A DNA stretch of 64,000 bases from assembly GCF_009914755.1 (NCBI RefSeq), contig NC_060934.1; one strand, given 5' to 3'. Positions within the stretch are counted from its first letter, which is position 1. Each line of letters starts with the position of its first letter. Position numbers and translations under genes: made by a program. Of the stretch, positions 1 through 12,594 are shown piece by piece. A model generated the notes under the pieces. The model had not been told where the DNA came from, searched no databases, and saw only the letters and a program-made list of their open reading frames with translations. Source of the stretch: the human T2T-CHM13v2.0 reference genome, Homo sapiens.

Positions 1-454
1 AAAAAAAAGAAAACACATTTTCCCTTTTGTTACAGAATATAAAGCATAGATTATGTTTTATTAACACTCGTACATATTTTAAGAAACTGCTTGAGCAATA
101 ACAGCAATCTGAAACCAATTACTTGCAATATTCATTTTGCAAACTATCTTTGTTAAGTGTTCCAAATTCCTACTGTACAAGGTGGTCAGGGCCTCGGTTG
201 ATAATAGTCCCAGACTTTGCTGTACTATAAGTCCCAAATAAGCATGACTTCTGCAGTGGATAATGCATGGCCAACCCTCATTAACGGTAATAATATGAAT
301 GACCATAAGTCATTAATTTTGATAAGATGAAATTTGTATCACCTCAAAGATTCAATGGAAGTCACAGAAGACATAGAAGTATTCCAGCTTTGGTTTCTTT
401 AATGAATAAAAATGTTAACACACTTACAGTCCAGCTGACAACCAGGCACCACAG

Positions 455-1470
455 ACCTAAGAAAAAAATCATAAAATATTCAAATTTCAAGCCATAGATA
501 GGGAGAAAATGCTTGAAAACATACATCTGATAAAGAACTGTGTCTAAAATACATAGAGATCTTTTACAACTCATTAATGAAATGGAAAACAACTCTATTG
601 AAATGGGAATACAATAACAGAAATTTCCTCAAAAGACTGTATATGAAAGTCTAAGAAGCGCATGAAAAGATGCTCAACATCATAAGTCATTGCAGAAAGG
701 CATTGTGAATCCATGTTGAGGCACTATTATGCACTCACCAGGAGGGCTAAAATTTTAACAGATGGACAATACCAAGTGTTAACTATGCTTTAGAGCAACT
801 AGAACTCTCCTACATTGCTGGTGCTTATGGTACAGTAATTGCTTATGGTGTTTGTGGTACAGTTATTGGTACAGTAACCTTGAGAAAGAGTTTGGCAGTT
901 TTTTTAAATAATGCTAAACATATACATTTGTTACATGATCCAACAATCCTATGTCTATATATTCACCCAAGAGAAATAACAATATATGTCCATAGAAAGA
1001 CTTTACTTAGATGTTCCTTGCAACTTTATTCATTATCATAAAAAACTGGAAAAACTAAAATATCCATTAATAGTTAAATGGATAGACAGATTATCATATA
1101 CCCATACTGTGATATACTATTCAGCAATAAAAAGGGCAAAAAGTTATACATTTAACAACATAGATATCCCTTAATATTCATTATAAATTTAGAAAAAAAT
1201 AGATAAAAAAGACTGTGTACCAAATGATCCCATTTATATGAATGTCTGTAAAAGGCAAAACTATACCAATAGAAAGAAAATCAATGGTTACCCGGGGCCT
1301 GGGTTGGCCTGAGAGAATTGATTCAAATGGGTATGACGGAGCTTCTTGGGGGTGATGGAACTCTTCTGTATCTTGACAATTCATAACTCTAGACACCTTT
1401 AAAAATTCATCAAACTATATACTAAAATTTTGAATTTTAAATAAAGTACCTCAGTATATCCAATCTGAAA
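455..1470 (+). mobile_element. Old LINE-1 (L1MC/L1ME-like) ORF2 end and 3' UTR
   Basis: Typical L1M motifs: catacatctgataaagaactg, catgaaaagatgctcaacatca, gagcaactagaactctc, ccatttatatgaa, ggggtgatggaa. Boundaries approximate. Confidence 0.8.
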
Positions 1471-2174
1471 TAAATCATTGGCGTTGCCTAAGTGGTGTCT
1501 GGTTTGGGGCCCTCTCTTCACAGTATTACCTTCTGACTCTTCTTTATCTCAGTTTTTCAGGAGAAATGCTGTAGTTTCCTTTCAGCCCTTGGCTTAAGTT
1601 TATGGAGACCTTCATGGTTTGTAGAATAAATTATTTAGAAGCATAAGTACCTGGGGGATGTGGGTGGTGAGTTCAGAAGTGTAAGAACAAAGACAGGAGT
1701 ACATTTAAGAATATTCTTATATTTTATTTTAAATGTTTATTAAAATCCAATAATAATTGCACACTAAAGAATATATCAGTGACATTTTATATATCCTGAA
1801 TGGTTAATGAATTTCCCTTCATTATCATTTGCTTAATAGGAACATATCAAGATCCTCTTCTCTTATAGTTTGACAAGATATTTGCAAAATTATCTTGCTT
1901 TGTTGCAGAAAACATTCATGTTATGTGATTTTTAGGAGTCTAGTTCTTCATGTGGTTGTGCATTTCTATAGGATCTTATGATTTGGAGGCATTAATTCCT
2001 ACTTCTTAGAAGCTCCCTCCTAGAGTTCAACAGTCCCATGAAGACAGTCACATGGATTCTTGAGACAAAAAATCTTTGGCTATTTATGTCAGTTTTACTA
2101 GGTAGGTCTTTCTACAACTGCTCCCTAAAGCAGTTAGGGAGATTATTGAGATCATTTTGTCTTAGTTTTTCTTA

Positions 2175-2455
2175 TTCATTTATTTTTCCATCCATTTATT
2201 CTTTTAAAATACATCAAGTGCCTACCTTGAGTCAGGCACTGAGCTAGGACTATGGTGGTGAGTGAAACAGACAAGGACCATGACTTCATGAAAGTCACAT
2301 GGCAAGAAGAAAATCACACCTTAAATAACGATTTGCACAATTTTAAAAATGTGGCAAGAATGACAACAAAGATGCTTTGAGATCACACCAGGGAATTGGA
2401 CCAAGTCTGGGGTGCCATGAAAGTCATGGTTAGGATGTTAAATTTGAGATAAAAT
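2175..2455 (-). mobile_element. L2 LINE 3' fragment
   Basis: ttcattta...aagtgcctac...caggcactgagctagga...aaacagacaagg resembles the reverse complement of the L2 3' end. Confidence 0.6.
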
Positions 2456-2646
2456 GTGGAAGAAGGAAAGGATCTGCTCCCTTTCCTTCTTCCCTTCTTC
2501 CCTTCCTACCTCCTGTTAGGCCCCACAGCCCAACAATTGGGGATCAAATTTAACATGAGTTTTGGCAGTGACAAATCACAGCCAAACCACAGCGCCAACC
2601 AAAACTCAGGGGTCTTTTTCAGAGTGAAAATGTTTCTGCTAAAATA

Positions 2647-5011
2647 TAGACATACCTTGTTTTATTTAGCTTTGTTTTATTTTGCTTTGGAGATACTGCA
2701 ATTTTTGCAAATTGAAGGTTTGTGGCAACCCTGCGTCCAGCCTATCAGCACCATTTTTCTAACAGCATGTGCGCATTTCATGTCTCTGCCACATTTTGAT
2801 AACTCTTACAATATTTTAAACTTTTTCATTACTGTTATATCTTTTATAGTAATCTGAATCTTTAATGTTAGTATTGTGATTGTTTTGGGGCACCATGAAC
2901 TACACCCATATAAGACAGTGAACTTAATGGTTAAATGTGTGTGTCTGACTGCTCCATCAACAAGCTGTTCCCCTGTCTCCCTCCATCTCCTCAGGCCTTG
3001 CTATTCCCAGAGACACAGAATATTGAAATTAGGTCAACTAATAATCCTACAATGGCCTCTGAGTGTTCAAGTGAAAGGAAGAATTGCACATCTCTTTAAA
3101 TCAAAAGCTAAAAATGATTCAGCTTAGTGAGGAAGGTATGTTGAAAGCTGAGACAGGCCAAAAGCAAGGCCTCTTGTGCCAAACAGCCAAGTTGTGAATA
3201 CAAAGGAGAAGTTCCTGAAGGAAATTTCAAGTGCTGCTGCAGTGAATACACCAATGATAAGAAAGAAAATCAGCCTTAATGTTGATAAGGAGAAAGTTTG
3301 AGTGGTCTGGATAAAAGATCAAACTAGTCCACTATTCCAAACATTCCCTTAAGACAAAGCCTAATCCAGAGTAAGACCCTGACTCTTTCCAATTCTATGA
3401 AGGCTGAGAGAGGTGAGGAAGCTGAGAAAGGAAAGAATGAAGTTAGCAGAGGTTGTTTCATGGGGCTAAGGGAAAGAAGTCATCTTCATAACATAAAAGT
3501 ACAAGGTGAAGTAGCAAGTGCTAATATAGAAGCTGCAGCAAGTTATCCAGAGGATTGAGCTAAAATAATTGATGGAGGTGGCTACAATAAACAACAGATG
3601 TTCAACGTATGTGAAACAGTCTTCCGTTGGAAGAAGAGGATTTTCCCAGCTAGAGATAAGTAAATGTCTGACAGCAAAGCTTCAAAGGACAGGCTGACTC
3701 TTGTTAGGGGCTAATGCAGCTGGTGACTTTAAGTTAAAGCCACTGTTCATTTACCATTTCAAAAATCCTAGGGCCCTTGAACATTATGCTAAATCTTCCC
3801 TGCCTGTGCTCTATAAATGGAAGAACAAAGCCTGGATGACAGCACATCTGTTTATAGCATGGTTTACTGAATATTTTAAGTCCTACTCAGAAAAAAAAGA
3901 TTCCTCTCAAAATATTACTTCTCATTGACAATGTGCCTGGTCACCCAAGAGCTCTGATGAAGATGTACAAGGAGATGAATGTTGTTTTCATGCCTGTTAA
4001 TACAACATCCATTCTGCAGTCTATGGATCAAGGAGTAATTTTGACTTTCAAGTCTTATTGAAAAAACACATTTTGTAAGGCTATAGCTGCCACAGATAGT
4101 CCTTTGATGGATCTGGGCAAAGAAAATTGAAAACCTTCTGAAAAGGATTCTCTGTCCTAGATGTCATTATAAACATTCATGATTTATGGGAGGAGGTCAA
4201 ATGGTCAATGTTAACAGAAGTTTGGAAGAATTTTGATTCCAGCCCTAATGGATGACTCCAAGGGGTTTAAGACTTCAGTAGAGAAAGTAACTGTAGATGT
4301 GGTGGAAATAGAGGGAGATAGAGAAATAGAAGTGAAGCCTGAAATTGTGCCTGAATTGCTACAATCTCATGACAAAACTTGAACAGACGAGGTGTTGCTT
4401 TTTAAGAATGAGCAAAGAAAGTAGTTTCTTGAAAGTGAGTCTACTCCTGGTGAAGATGCTGTGAATATTGAAATGACAGCAAAAGACATAGAATATAACA
4501 TAAACTTACTTGATAAAGCAGTGGCAGGATTTAAGAGGATTGACTTCAGTTTTGAAACAAGTTCTACAGTGGGTCAAATGTTATCAAACAGAATCAGTTG
4601 CTACAGAGAAATCTTTCATGAAAGGAAGAGTCAATCAGTGTTTCAGATTTTATTTTTGTCTTATTTTAAGGATTTTCCACAGCTATAGCAACCTTGGCAA
4701 TGACCACCCCAATCAGTCCGTAGTCATCAACCTTGATGCAAGATGCTCCACTGGAAAAAGATTATGACTCAATGAAGGCTCAAATAATCTTTAGAATTTT
4801 TTAACATTTAAAGTACTTTGAAAATTAATGTATATATGGCTTTTTTTTTTAGATGTAATGCTATTGAACATTTACTAGACTACAGTATAATACAAATGTT
4901 ACTTTTATATCCACTGGAGAACCAAAAAACTTGTGTGATTTGCTTTATTGCAATCTTCACTTTATTGCAGTGGTCTGGAACAGAACTCACAATATCATCG
5001 AGGTATGCCTG
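2647..5011 (+). mobile_element. Full-length Tigger1 DNA transposon (TcMar-Tigger)
   Basis: Termini tagacatacct (2647) and aggtatgcctg (5011) are the Tigger1 TIRs. TA TSDs at 2645-2646 and 5012-5013. Length about 2.36 kb. Confidence 0.95.
3052..4690 (+). pseudogene. Decayed Tigger1 transposase (pogo/CENP-B-like DDE)
   Basis: Starts ATGGCCTCT at 3052. The fragment [25 protein letters not shown]...[12 protein letters not shown] (3701-3928) is the DDE domain. Multiple stops and frameshifts; end approximate. Confidence 0.85.
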
Positions 5012-5013
5012 TA

Positions 5014-5400
5014 TCTACTCAGACTCCCTTGCAGCTAGAGATTGCCATGTGACACGGATCTGACCAATGAGACATAAGCTGAAATATGCTAAAGATTTCT
5101 GATTAAGTTTTGCCTCTCCTAATGTAGATGCCACCTATTCTTTCTTTATGTCCCCCTTTTTTTGTGAATAAAAGAACATGACTAAGACTATAGGTAGAGC
5201 AAGCATCTTACATCCACAGTGGAGCAAGAACAAAGAAAAATCCCCACATGGAAGCACCCAGAGGGTTCCTGGAGCACTGAGAACATTGCAGTTTGTGTCT
5301 CACCCTACACAGCTTACCTCTAGACTCCTTATTTATTGAAAAATACAGACCTTTGTTTGGTTAAGCCACATAGTTGTGTTTCTGTGGCAAGGAACCAAAT
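5014..5400 (+). mobile_element. LTR16-like ERVL LTR, interrupted near its 5' end by Tigger1
   Basis: ctcccttgcagctagag...ccatgtgacac...gaccaatgagacataagc...ttaagccac. The sequence joins ctaaaata before 2645. Confidence 0.55.
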
Positions 5401-5919
5401 GCTGTAGGTTAAAGCAGTTTAGGAGAGAGAAAATGGTATCCTGGGGTAGGATGGCCACTGTGGAGATGGGGAGAAGCAAAGAAGTTCCAGAGCTATTCAG
5501 GAGACAAAATATTCACACCTTCACAGGAGACCTCTGCTTTGCTCCTTCACTTATAGAAATTTCTGGAAGGCTAGTTTAGGGCCCGCTTCACTCTCCCAAC
5601 CTTAATTGATTTCTCACAAGGCTTTATTTCCCAAACTTCTACATCTGCTACACTTCATTTTCTTTTTTGATTCCCAATCCCTAATTCCCTCTTTTTCTAA
5701 ATATCTCCAACAGGGGTATTTACATACTTCCACTGGGGACAGATATCTAAATACCTCCAGAGCAAAAAGACTCTGGTTTGCATCTTTTTTTTTTATGTTA
5801 CTCACATAGTAGGTGAATAACTTTGGAAAAATATCTTAACCATCAATATATTAGCTTCTCATCTGTAAATTGGGATTTAGAATATTTACCTTATATGATT
5901 TGAATGAGATAACAACATT

Positions 5920-6045
5920 TTTCCTGATGCCAGGGCCATATCCCAGATTCGTTAAGTCAGAGTCTTTGAAGGTGAGATCCAGTCATCAGTATTTTAAAAG
6001 CTCCCAGGTAATTCAAAAGTGCAACTGGAATTAAGATCCACAGGT
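5920..6045. mobile_element. MER5-family hAT-Charlie fragment
   Basis: cccagattc...cagtattttaaaagctcccaggtaattc motif. Confidence 0.6.
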
Positions 6046-6944
6046 CCATAGAGGGTGTGGTTCATGACAGACCTTGTGTAAGCATTTTATACATATAATT
6101 ATTATTCATTTGGACTGGCAGTTCACATAGCCTGAATCCAAAATCCTCCTAAAATATTCATAAGTGAAACCACATGTGCTCAGATTTCCTTTACCTGCAC
6201 AGACACTACCAGATTGCCACTCTTCTTTTGAATTTAACTGTCACATGAAATATTTCCTTGGTTTTTCCCTTCTTCCCTTGGTATGGAGATCTGTTAGGAC
6301 AGCTTTCAAGGAGAAATCATTTTCCTGCCATTTTTCATGAGTTAGTTGTGACGCGAACCTCAAAGCAAAAAAGAGAGAGTGGTTTGATCCAGTGAATTGA
6401 TGGAGACTTAGAAGACGGCTGCTGGAGACCTCGGGAGTCATCTTGGCATGCCTCTAACCTTCTCTGCCTCTCCCAGAGCCTGTGGAGAACTTCCACTGTT
6501 GTTCCCACCATTACATGAGCCTCCTGGGGACTTCTCTCATTTAAAGCCAAAACCCAAGAGGCACTCCATACAGCAGCAAACCAACGGTGGCATCTGCTAA
6601 CCACAGACTTGCCCTGTGGGGCTTCCACTTGGCCTCTGGCTTGGCTATCATGTTCCTAGTGCAAATGTTTTCTTAGCTGCAGGCTCAGGGACTGACCTTT
6701 CCCATATCACAGGACATCTTCATCAAAGCGATGAGACTGGGGACTTGAATGTTTAAATTGGTGGAAATGAGAACGGAGGCTGGGGGAGAGGTTTTCTTGT
6801 TTCCTTATGATGACAAGTCCTCTGGTTTGTTTTATTTGCTTTATTAAGAGAAACACTTCTAAGTTACCCTTATGGTGCTTGGCCTTTTTACCTTCTCAGA
6901 TCATTCTTGGCAGTAGTCCTCTTGCATGAAGAAGCACTCGTGCG

Positions 6945-7152
6945 TGGATGGTCACAAACGTGGTCTGAGGACCATTAGCATCAGAATTACTGGCATGGGC
7001 AGGAAGCTTGTTAAAAATGCAGATTCTTAGGGTAGACCCCAGGCATACAGATGCAGAACTTCTGTGTGTAGGTCAGGGGAGGCCCAGGAGTTTCAATTTT
7101 TAATCATCACCCTGAGTGATTCTGAAGTACAATACAGCTTTGGAACCATTGG
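6945..7152. mobile_element. MER5A hAT-Charlie MITE
   Basis: agcatcagaattac...gcttgttaaaaatgcagattc...gtgattctgaag...tttggaaccattg. Confidence 0.7.
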
Positions 7153-8094
7153 TTTTAAACTCAATATTCTGACCTTGGTGAGGAATTTTACCTCTTGGGT
7201 TAATATCATCTTTCATTGTTTTCTCTTTGGAGAAAAGTATTCCAGGCATGAGGCAAGAAGTGGATAAAGTTCTTGAGGGCTTGTATCTCGCACTGCCCCC
7301 AGCTCATCACCAACCCATGAAAGATGCTAGATGGATACTCTCCTGCGTTGACTATAGGTGCAGCCCATCTCACACATGCTTAGTGCCAGTTTCCACTTGG
7401 GAGCCTAGTGTTTGTAAAGTGCTGGGCTGAGGCCAGGTCAAGGGACTGGCACAATCTAATGATGCCAAGAACAAAGTTTCCTTTGAAAAGGAGATTTTTA
7501 AAAAACAGATTAAGGGCATCAGGCCTATTGGGCTGCAGCCAAGGTCTAGCTTAGCCTTATTTTAGCTGAAATGGTTGAATTATTTCTCATAATTTTTGAT
7601 ACATTTTAAACAGTGAATGGTAATAAGGGGCTCTTTTTTTCCTTCTTTTTCTCTGCTGACTTTGAATTCAAATTACCGCAAATAAAAATAGCTTCAGTTG
7701 TCCTGAGATGGAAAAAGAAATCTATTTGCTCAGAAGATTTTCTTGGTATTTGTTGTTGACCGTGATAAGTTACAGCTTATAGTCAAGGCAAAGTTCTAGT
7801 TCTGGGCTTGTCAGCTGGGTGAATATGGGGCTAATGGTAGCAGAAGACTGTCCTGTGTGGCTGTGTGCACTGCTGCCTGATTCATTCACCAGATTCTGCT
7901 CTGTGACTGCCCAGGGTGGATGGGGCAAAAGGCCTTGTTTTACCCAAATCTTTGACTGATTTTGAATATCGCCTCTTCTTGCCAGCTATAACCTCTGCAG
8001 CTGGGTCCCTTGAAGGTTGAGCTCTGACCTCTCCCAGGAGTCGTTAATCCCTTTGAGCCTCTGTTGTGCAAGACAAAGCCCATCTGAAAAGATT

Positions 8095-8573
<479 letters not shown>

Positions 8574-9379
8574 TTTTTTGGTTTTTGTTGCTAAATATTT
8601 GTCATAAATTTTTTGTGAGCTGCATTTTCATTTGAGAGTAGGATTCCTGAGGAGCATTTGTGAGGATGTTCTTGATTGAGTGCTTCTTCCATTAACTGAA
8701 GTGGAAAGAAAGTAGGGCTTCAGCAGGACCAGTTGGAGAGTTTGATATGTGTCTCTGTGGCTGGGGGAACACAGTGGTGTTTAGTGGAAGTAATTGGCTC
8801 ATATATGGATGAGAAAAGATATGGTAAGGTCCTTTGGTTGTTAGTGTTTCTTAGAATGCCATTGCCCTCTTTCTGTGTGCAAAGCAAATTCTGGTTCAAA
8901 TGGGAAGTGTAGGTTCTCAGGGTTGTCAGTGCCTCTGCTTACTTTGTTGTGGGTGCAGCAAACTTCCCTTGTGCTTGTTTTTATTCTTGCTAAACTACTG
9001 TACAGTCCACTGGAATCTGTGCTCATGAGGTCTGTGTGCATTGAGATGCTGCATTGAGATGCTGTATGTATGTGGGGCAGTAGGAATGGTGGATGAGTGT
9101 ATTACACATGTCTCCTCTGCTCACTTGCATGCTCCTTGGTCCCATTGAATGGAAGAAACAGCATTTCCAACTCTGGGGGTAGCCAATGCTGAGATAGGAC
9201 TTTCTGGCTCCCGCAGCTGCTGTGTTTTAGAGGAAATAAATCAGGTTTGGGTACATGCTCTCAATCTTTTTTTCTTCCATGTGTCTTTTACAATTTTCAT
9301 TATAGACTTGACTAGAAGTTATAAAGTAGAGCATCCTCTTGGTTTCTTGGAACAAAAATGAAATTTCTGGCTTAAATAT

Positions 9380-9570
9380 GGTGTAGAAAACCCAAGATCT
9401 GAGCTCACACACTGCTCGTACATTGTGTGGTTTCAGGCAAATCACTTCACTCTGAGGCTCAGTTTTCTTCCCCTTAGTATAGAAATTAAATGGTATTTAC
9501 TCACAGAGCAATTATGAGGATTCTGACAAGGTGAATGAACCTGGCACAGAGGAAACATGATGATTGTTAA
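9380..9570 (+). mobile_element. MIR SINE
   Basis: MIR core: tgtgtggtttcaggcaaatcacttcactctgaggctcagtttt. Confidence 0.65.
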
Positions 9571-11646
9571 AACCCTGGAGAAGCCTGCATGACACACTTC
9601 TGCCATCTGCTCCTTTATCTTGCCGGGATCTCCTTGCCTGCCTGTCCTCCCCAGTGGGCCTAGTACTTAGTGGTGCCTCAGGGCCCCATCCCCTACAGGT
9701 GTCATCTCCTCAGAAGGCTGGAGGTGGGTGTGTGGGTTCTTGACACAGCAGGTGCAAAACACTTCATCTGCAATTTAAAAAACCTTTAGATCAGAGAAGT
9801 GTTGGTTGACATCATTTAGTGAGCTGAAGACCCACTCCCAAGCCCATGTCCCCTTTGGCTCTGCCATTGCTGCCACCTCTAGGTACCAGGGGACCTGCTT
9901 CTGCTTTATCTCTGCACCAGCTTGTTTCATATCTCTGTGCAAGTCATATGACCCCTTTGAACTCCAATTTCCATATGTGTAAAATGTGAATAAATGGTAC
10001 TTATTCTACCCACTTACCAGAGAATTTGGAAGCTACAATATACTATATCAACATAAAACATTATGATTACTATTGTTGAACACTGTATGACTGTAGTGTT
10101 TCATTTCGTTGAAAATGACACCTCCTTCATCCTTTTAAAAATAGATTAGAGAAAATAAATCCAAAGGATTGAATTTCTAATTGTGAAATTTCTAGTGCTT
10201 CAGCACGAGGATAATCTAGCTACTTGAGAGTGGGGAGAACTTCTTGATTTCCTAAAAGGGTATAATTTAGACTGTTGAGTATTTTGCTTATGTCTCAGGC
10301 TGTCTCTGAATCACACTCCTGGAGGCTCACTTCAGGCCTGTGGGCGGCTTAGAAATTTGTTTTAGAAATAAGGTTTATGTGTCGATTGCACTTCCTCTGT
10401 GGCTCTCGCATTGTCTATTTCTGACAATATTTGCATGAAACCAGATATTTGATTTTGAGAACATCTGTTCTCACAATTCATTTCCCACCTGAATCAACGC
10501 TCTTCCGCCTGGGCTGAAAGAGCTGCTTCACTCAGCAGTATTGGTGCTGCAGGGCAGAGAGAGGGGAGTGGCATGGTAGGACAAGAGGCTTTGTGAATAC
10601 AAACAATTTTGCTGGGGCTTGGAGCCTTAGAGGAAGGCTGACAAGTGTGGAGGCTTTGGGGAATAAGTGTTGTTTGGCCAAAATTTTAAAGTAGGCTTTT
10701 ATTCTTTTGAACATCCAGACTTAAGATGATTTAGCTGTTTTGATTAAAAACCTTTCTGAAATATGGCATTCTTCCTGGCTCCCTAAATGAGAGTGTATGA
10801 AATTTATTGAGTGCCTTTTGTATGCCAGGCTTTGTTTTTATTTTTTGCCTTCTGAAAAGGAAGCTTGGGAACACAGAGGCTGATACCTAAACTTGAACAC
10901 TTGTACTGCATTATGCTGTTTGTGATGCTTTTGGGGTTTGTCAAGGGCAAGTAGCTTTATCCTAATACTCAATGTCCTGTCCCAAGGCCCGTAACTGCAG
11001 GGAGCTGGCTATGGAGGAGTAGCTGAAAAAGAGGCACTGTGGCATTTGCTGGGCCATACACAGGCTGGGGCATTCCTCACAGGGTTCCATAGCCTGGACA
11101 GAAGTCCCCACAGCAATAGGAAATCACTCAAGGGTTTTAAGCAGCAGTGTGACATGATCAGATATACATTTTGAAGGATCACTCAGACTGCAGGTAAAGA
11201 AGGTGGGGGTGGGGGGTTACAGAGGTGGCTGCTGCTGCTCTGACGTAGCCAGGAGGATGCGTGAACGTCCTTGTGACCTTGTGTCTGCCCTGTGCAGCTT
11301 TCACGATTATTGTTTGCCCTTTTTCCCCTGGTGGCTGACTATGTGCGTGCCTGTCCAGGCCCTGCTGAGACCTTTCAGTCAGACGCTGGTCTTCTGCTTT
11401 TCCATGGAAACTCCCTTTTACCTTTATGAGGCATTTTCCCATCTTGCTTTGAGTCAGGGTCAGTAGTTGACAATCCCGCATTCCCAGTGGATTACCGTTT
11501 CCTCGAGGGGATGGGGGCAGTCTGACTTATCTTTGTCTTTCCCATAGAAGTCACAAGTATGTGGCACTATTAATTAGATTGTGAATGGTTCTATAGATGT
11601 CGAGTGGCATTTTAAAACACAGGAGTCAATGGGTAAATTTGGGGTG

Positions 11647-12006
11647 TGTAATTAGTCCGTTTTCACTGCTATAAAAAACTACCTGAGATTGAGTAATTTA
11701 TAAAGAAAAGAGGTTTAATTGAGTCACAGTTCTGCATGGCTGGGGAGGCCTCGGGAAACTTGCAATCACAGAGGAGGGTGAAGGGGAAACAAGGCACATC
11801 TTACATGGTGGCAGGAGTGAGAGAGTGAGGGGGAACTGCCAAACACTTTTAAACCATCAGATCTTGTGAGAACTCACTATCATGAGAACAGCATGGAGGA
11901 AATTGTCCCCATGATCCAATCACCTCCCATCAGTTCCCTCTCTCGACATGTGGGGATTGCAATTTAAGATGAGATTTGGGTGGGGACACAGAGCCAAACC
12001 ATATCA
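11647..12006 (-). mobile_element. THE1D solo LTR (ERVL-MaLR)
   Basis: tgtaattagtcc...agccaaaccatatca; perfect 5-bp TSD GGGTG at 11642-11646 and 12007-12011. Confidence 0.9.
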
Positions 12007-12594
12007 GGGTGAAATGAATAAATGCGTGAATATATGATAAACGAATGGGTAAAGTTAATGAGAACTTTTTTTTGTAAATTAGTTATTAATAAGATACTAT
12101 AAGCCAGATAGAATTGTGTGTAAATTTAGAGTAAATTGCCTAGATGTAACTTCCTTATACTCTAGCATATTGGATTAGTAATACCAGTTTGTAGCTCCCT
12201 GGAAGTCTTGGTTTACCTCCTGCCTTTTAGCTATGTTCTTGGTTAATGAAACTGTTAGATAACTGAATGCTTCCATTTTGGGGGTAGACTGGTGAGATAT
12301 TGAAGGACACCTGTTAGTAAGTTACTGCTAGGACTGATCTTGTATGCAGAATTAAAGCAGCCATCTGCATGACATAACATGAGGGGAACCCTGGAGGGAA
12401 CTCTACCTTCTCTGCAAAACAATGCCTCCACCTTTTTACTACTGCATTCTTTAGGGAGGTCTCTGATTTTAAAGGCATGGCCTAATTTTTTCCTGGAAGA
12501 GGTCACACTGCACCTCAAATGTTTCCCATCAAGGTACAAATGACTGATGGAAAATCATTTCTTGACAGAACTGAGGGCCCACTGGAGCGGGGAG

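Noticed and set aside
1-450. Possible 3' UTR or processed-pseudogene fragment on the minus strand (AATAAA near 58-63)
   Set aside because: No poly(A) at the expected distance, no TSD and no recognisable parent gene; the segment is cut by the window edge.
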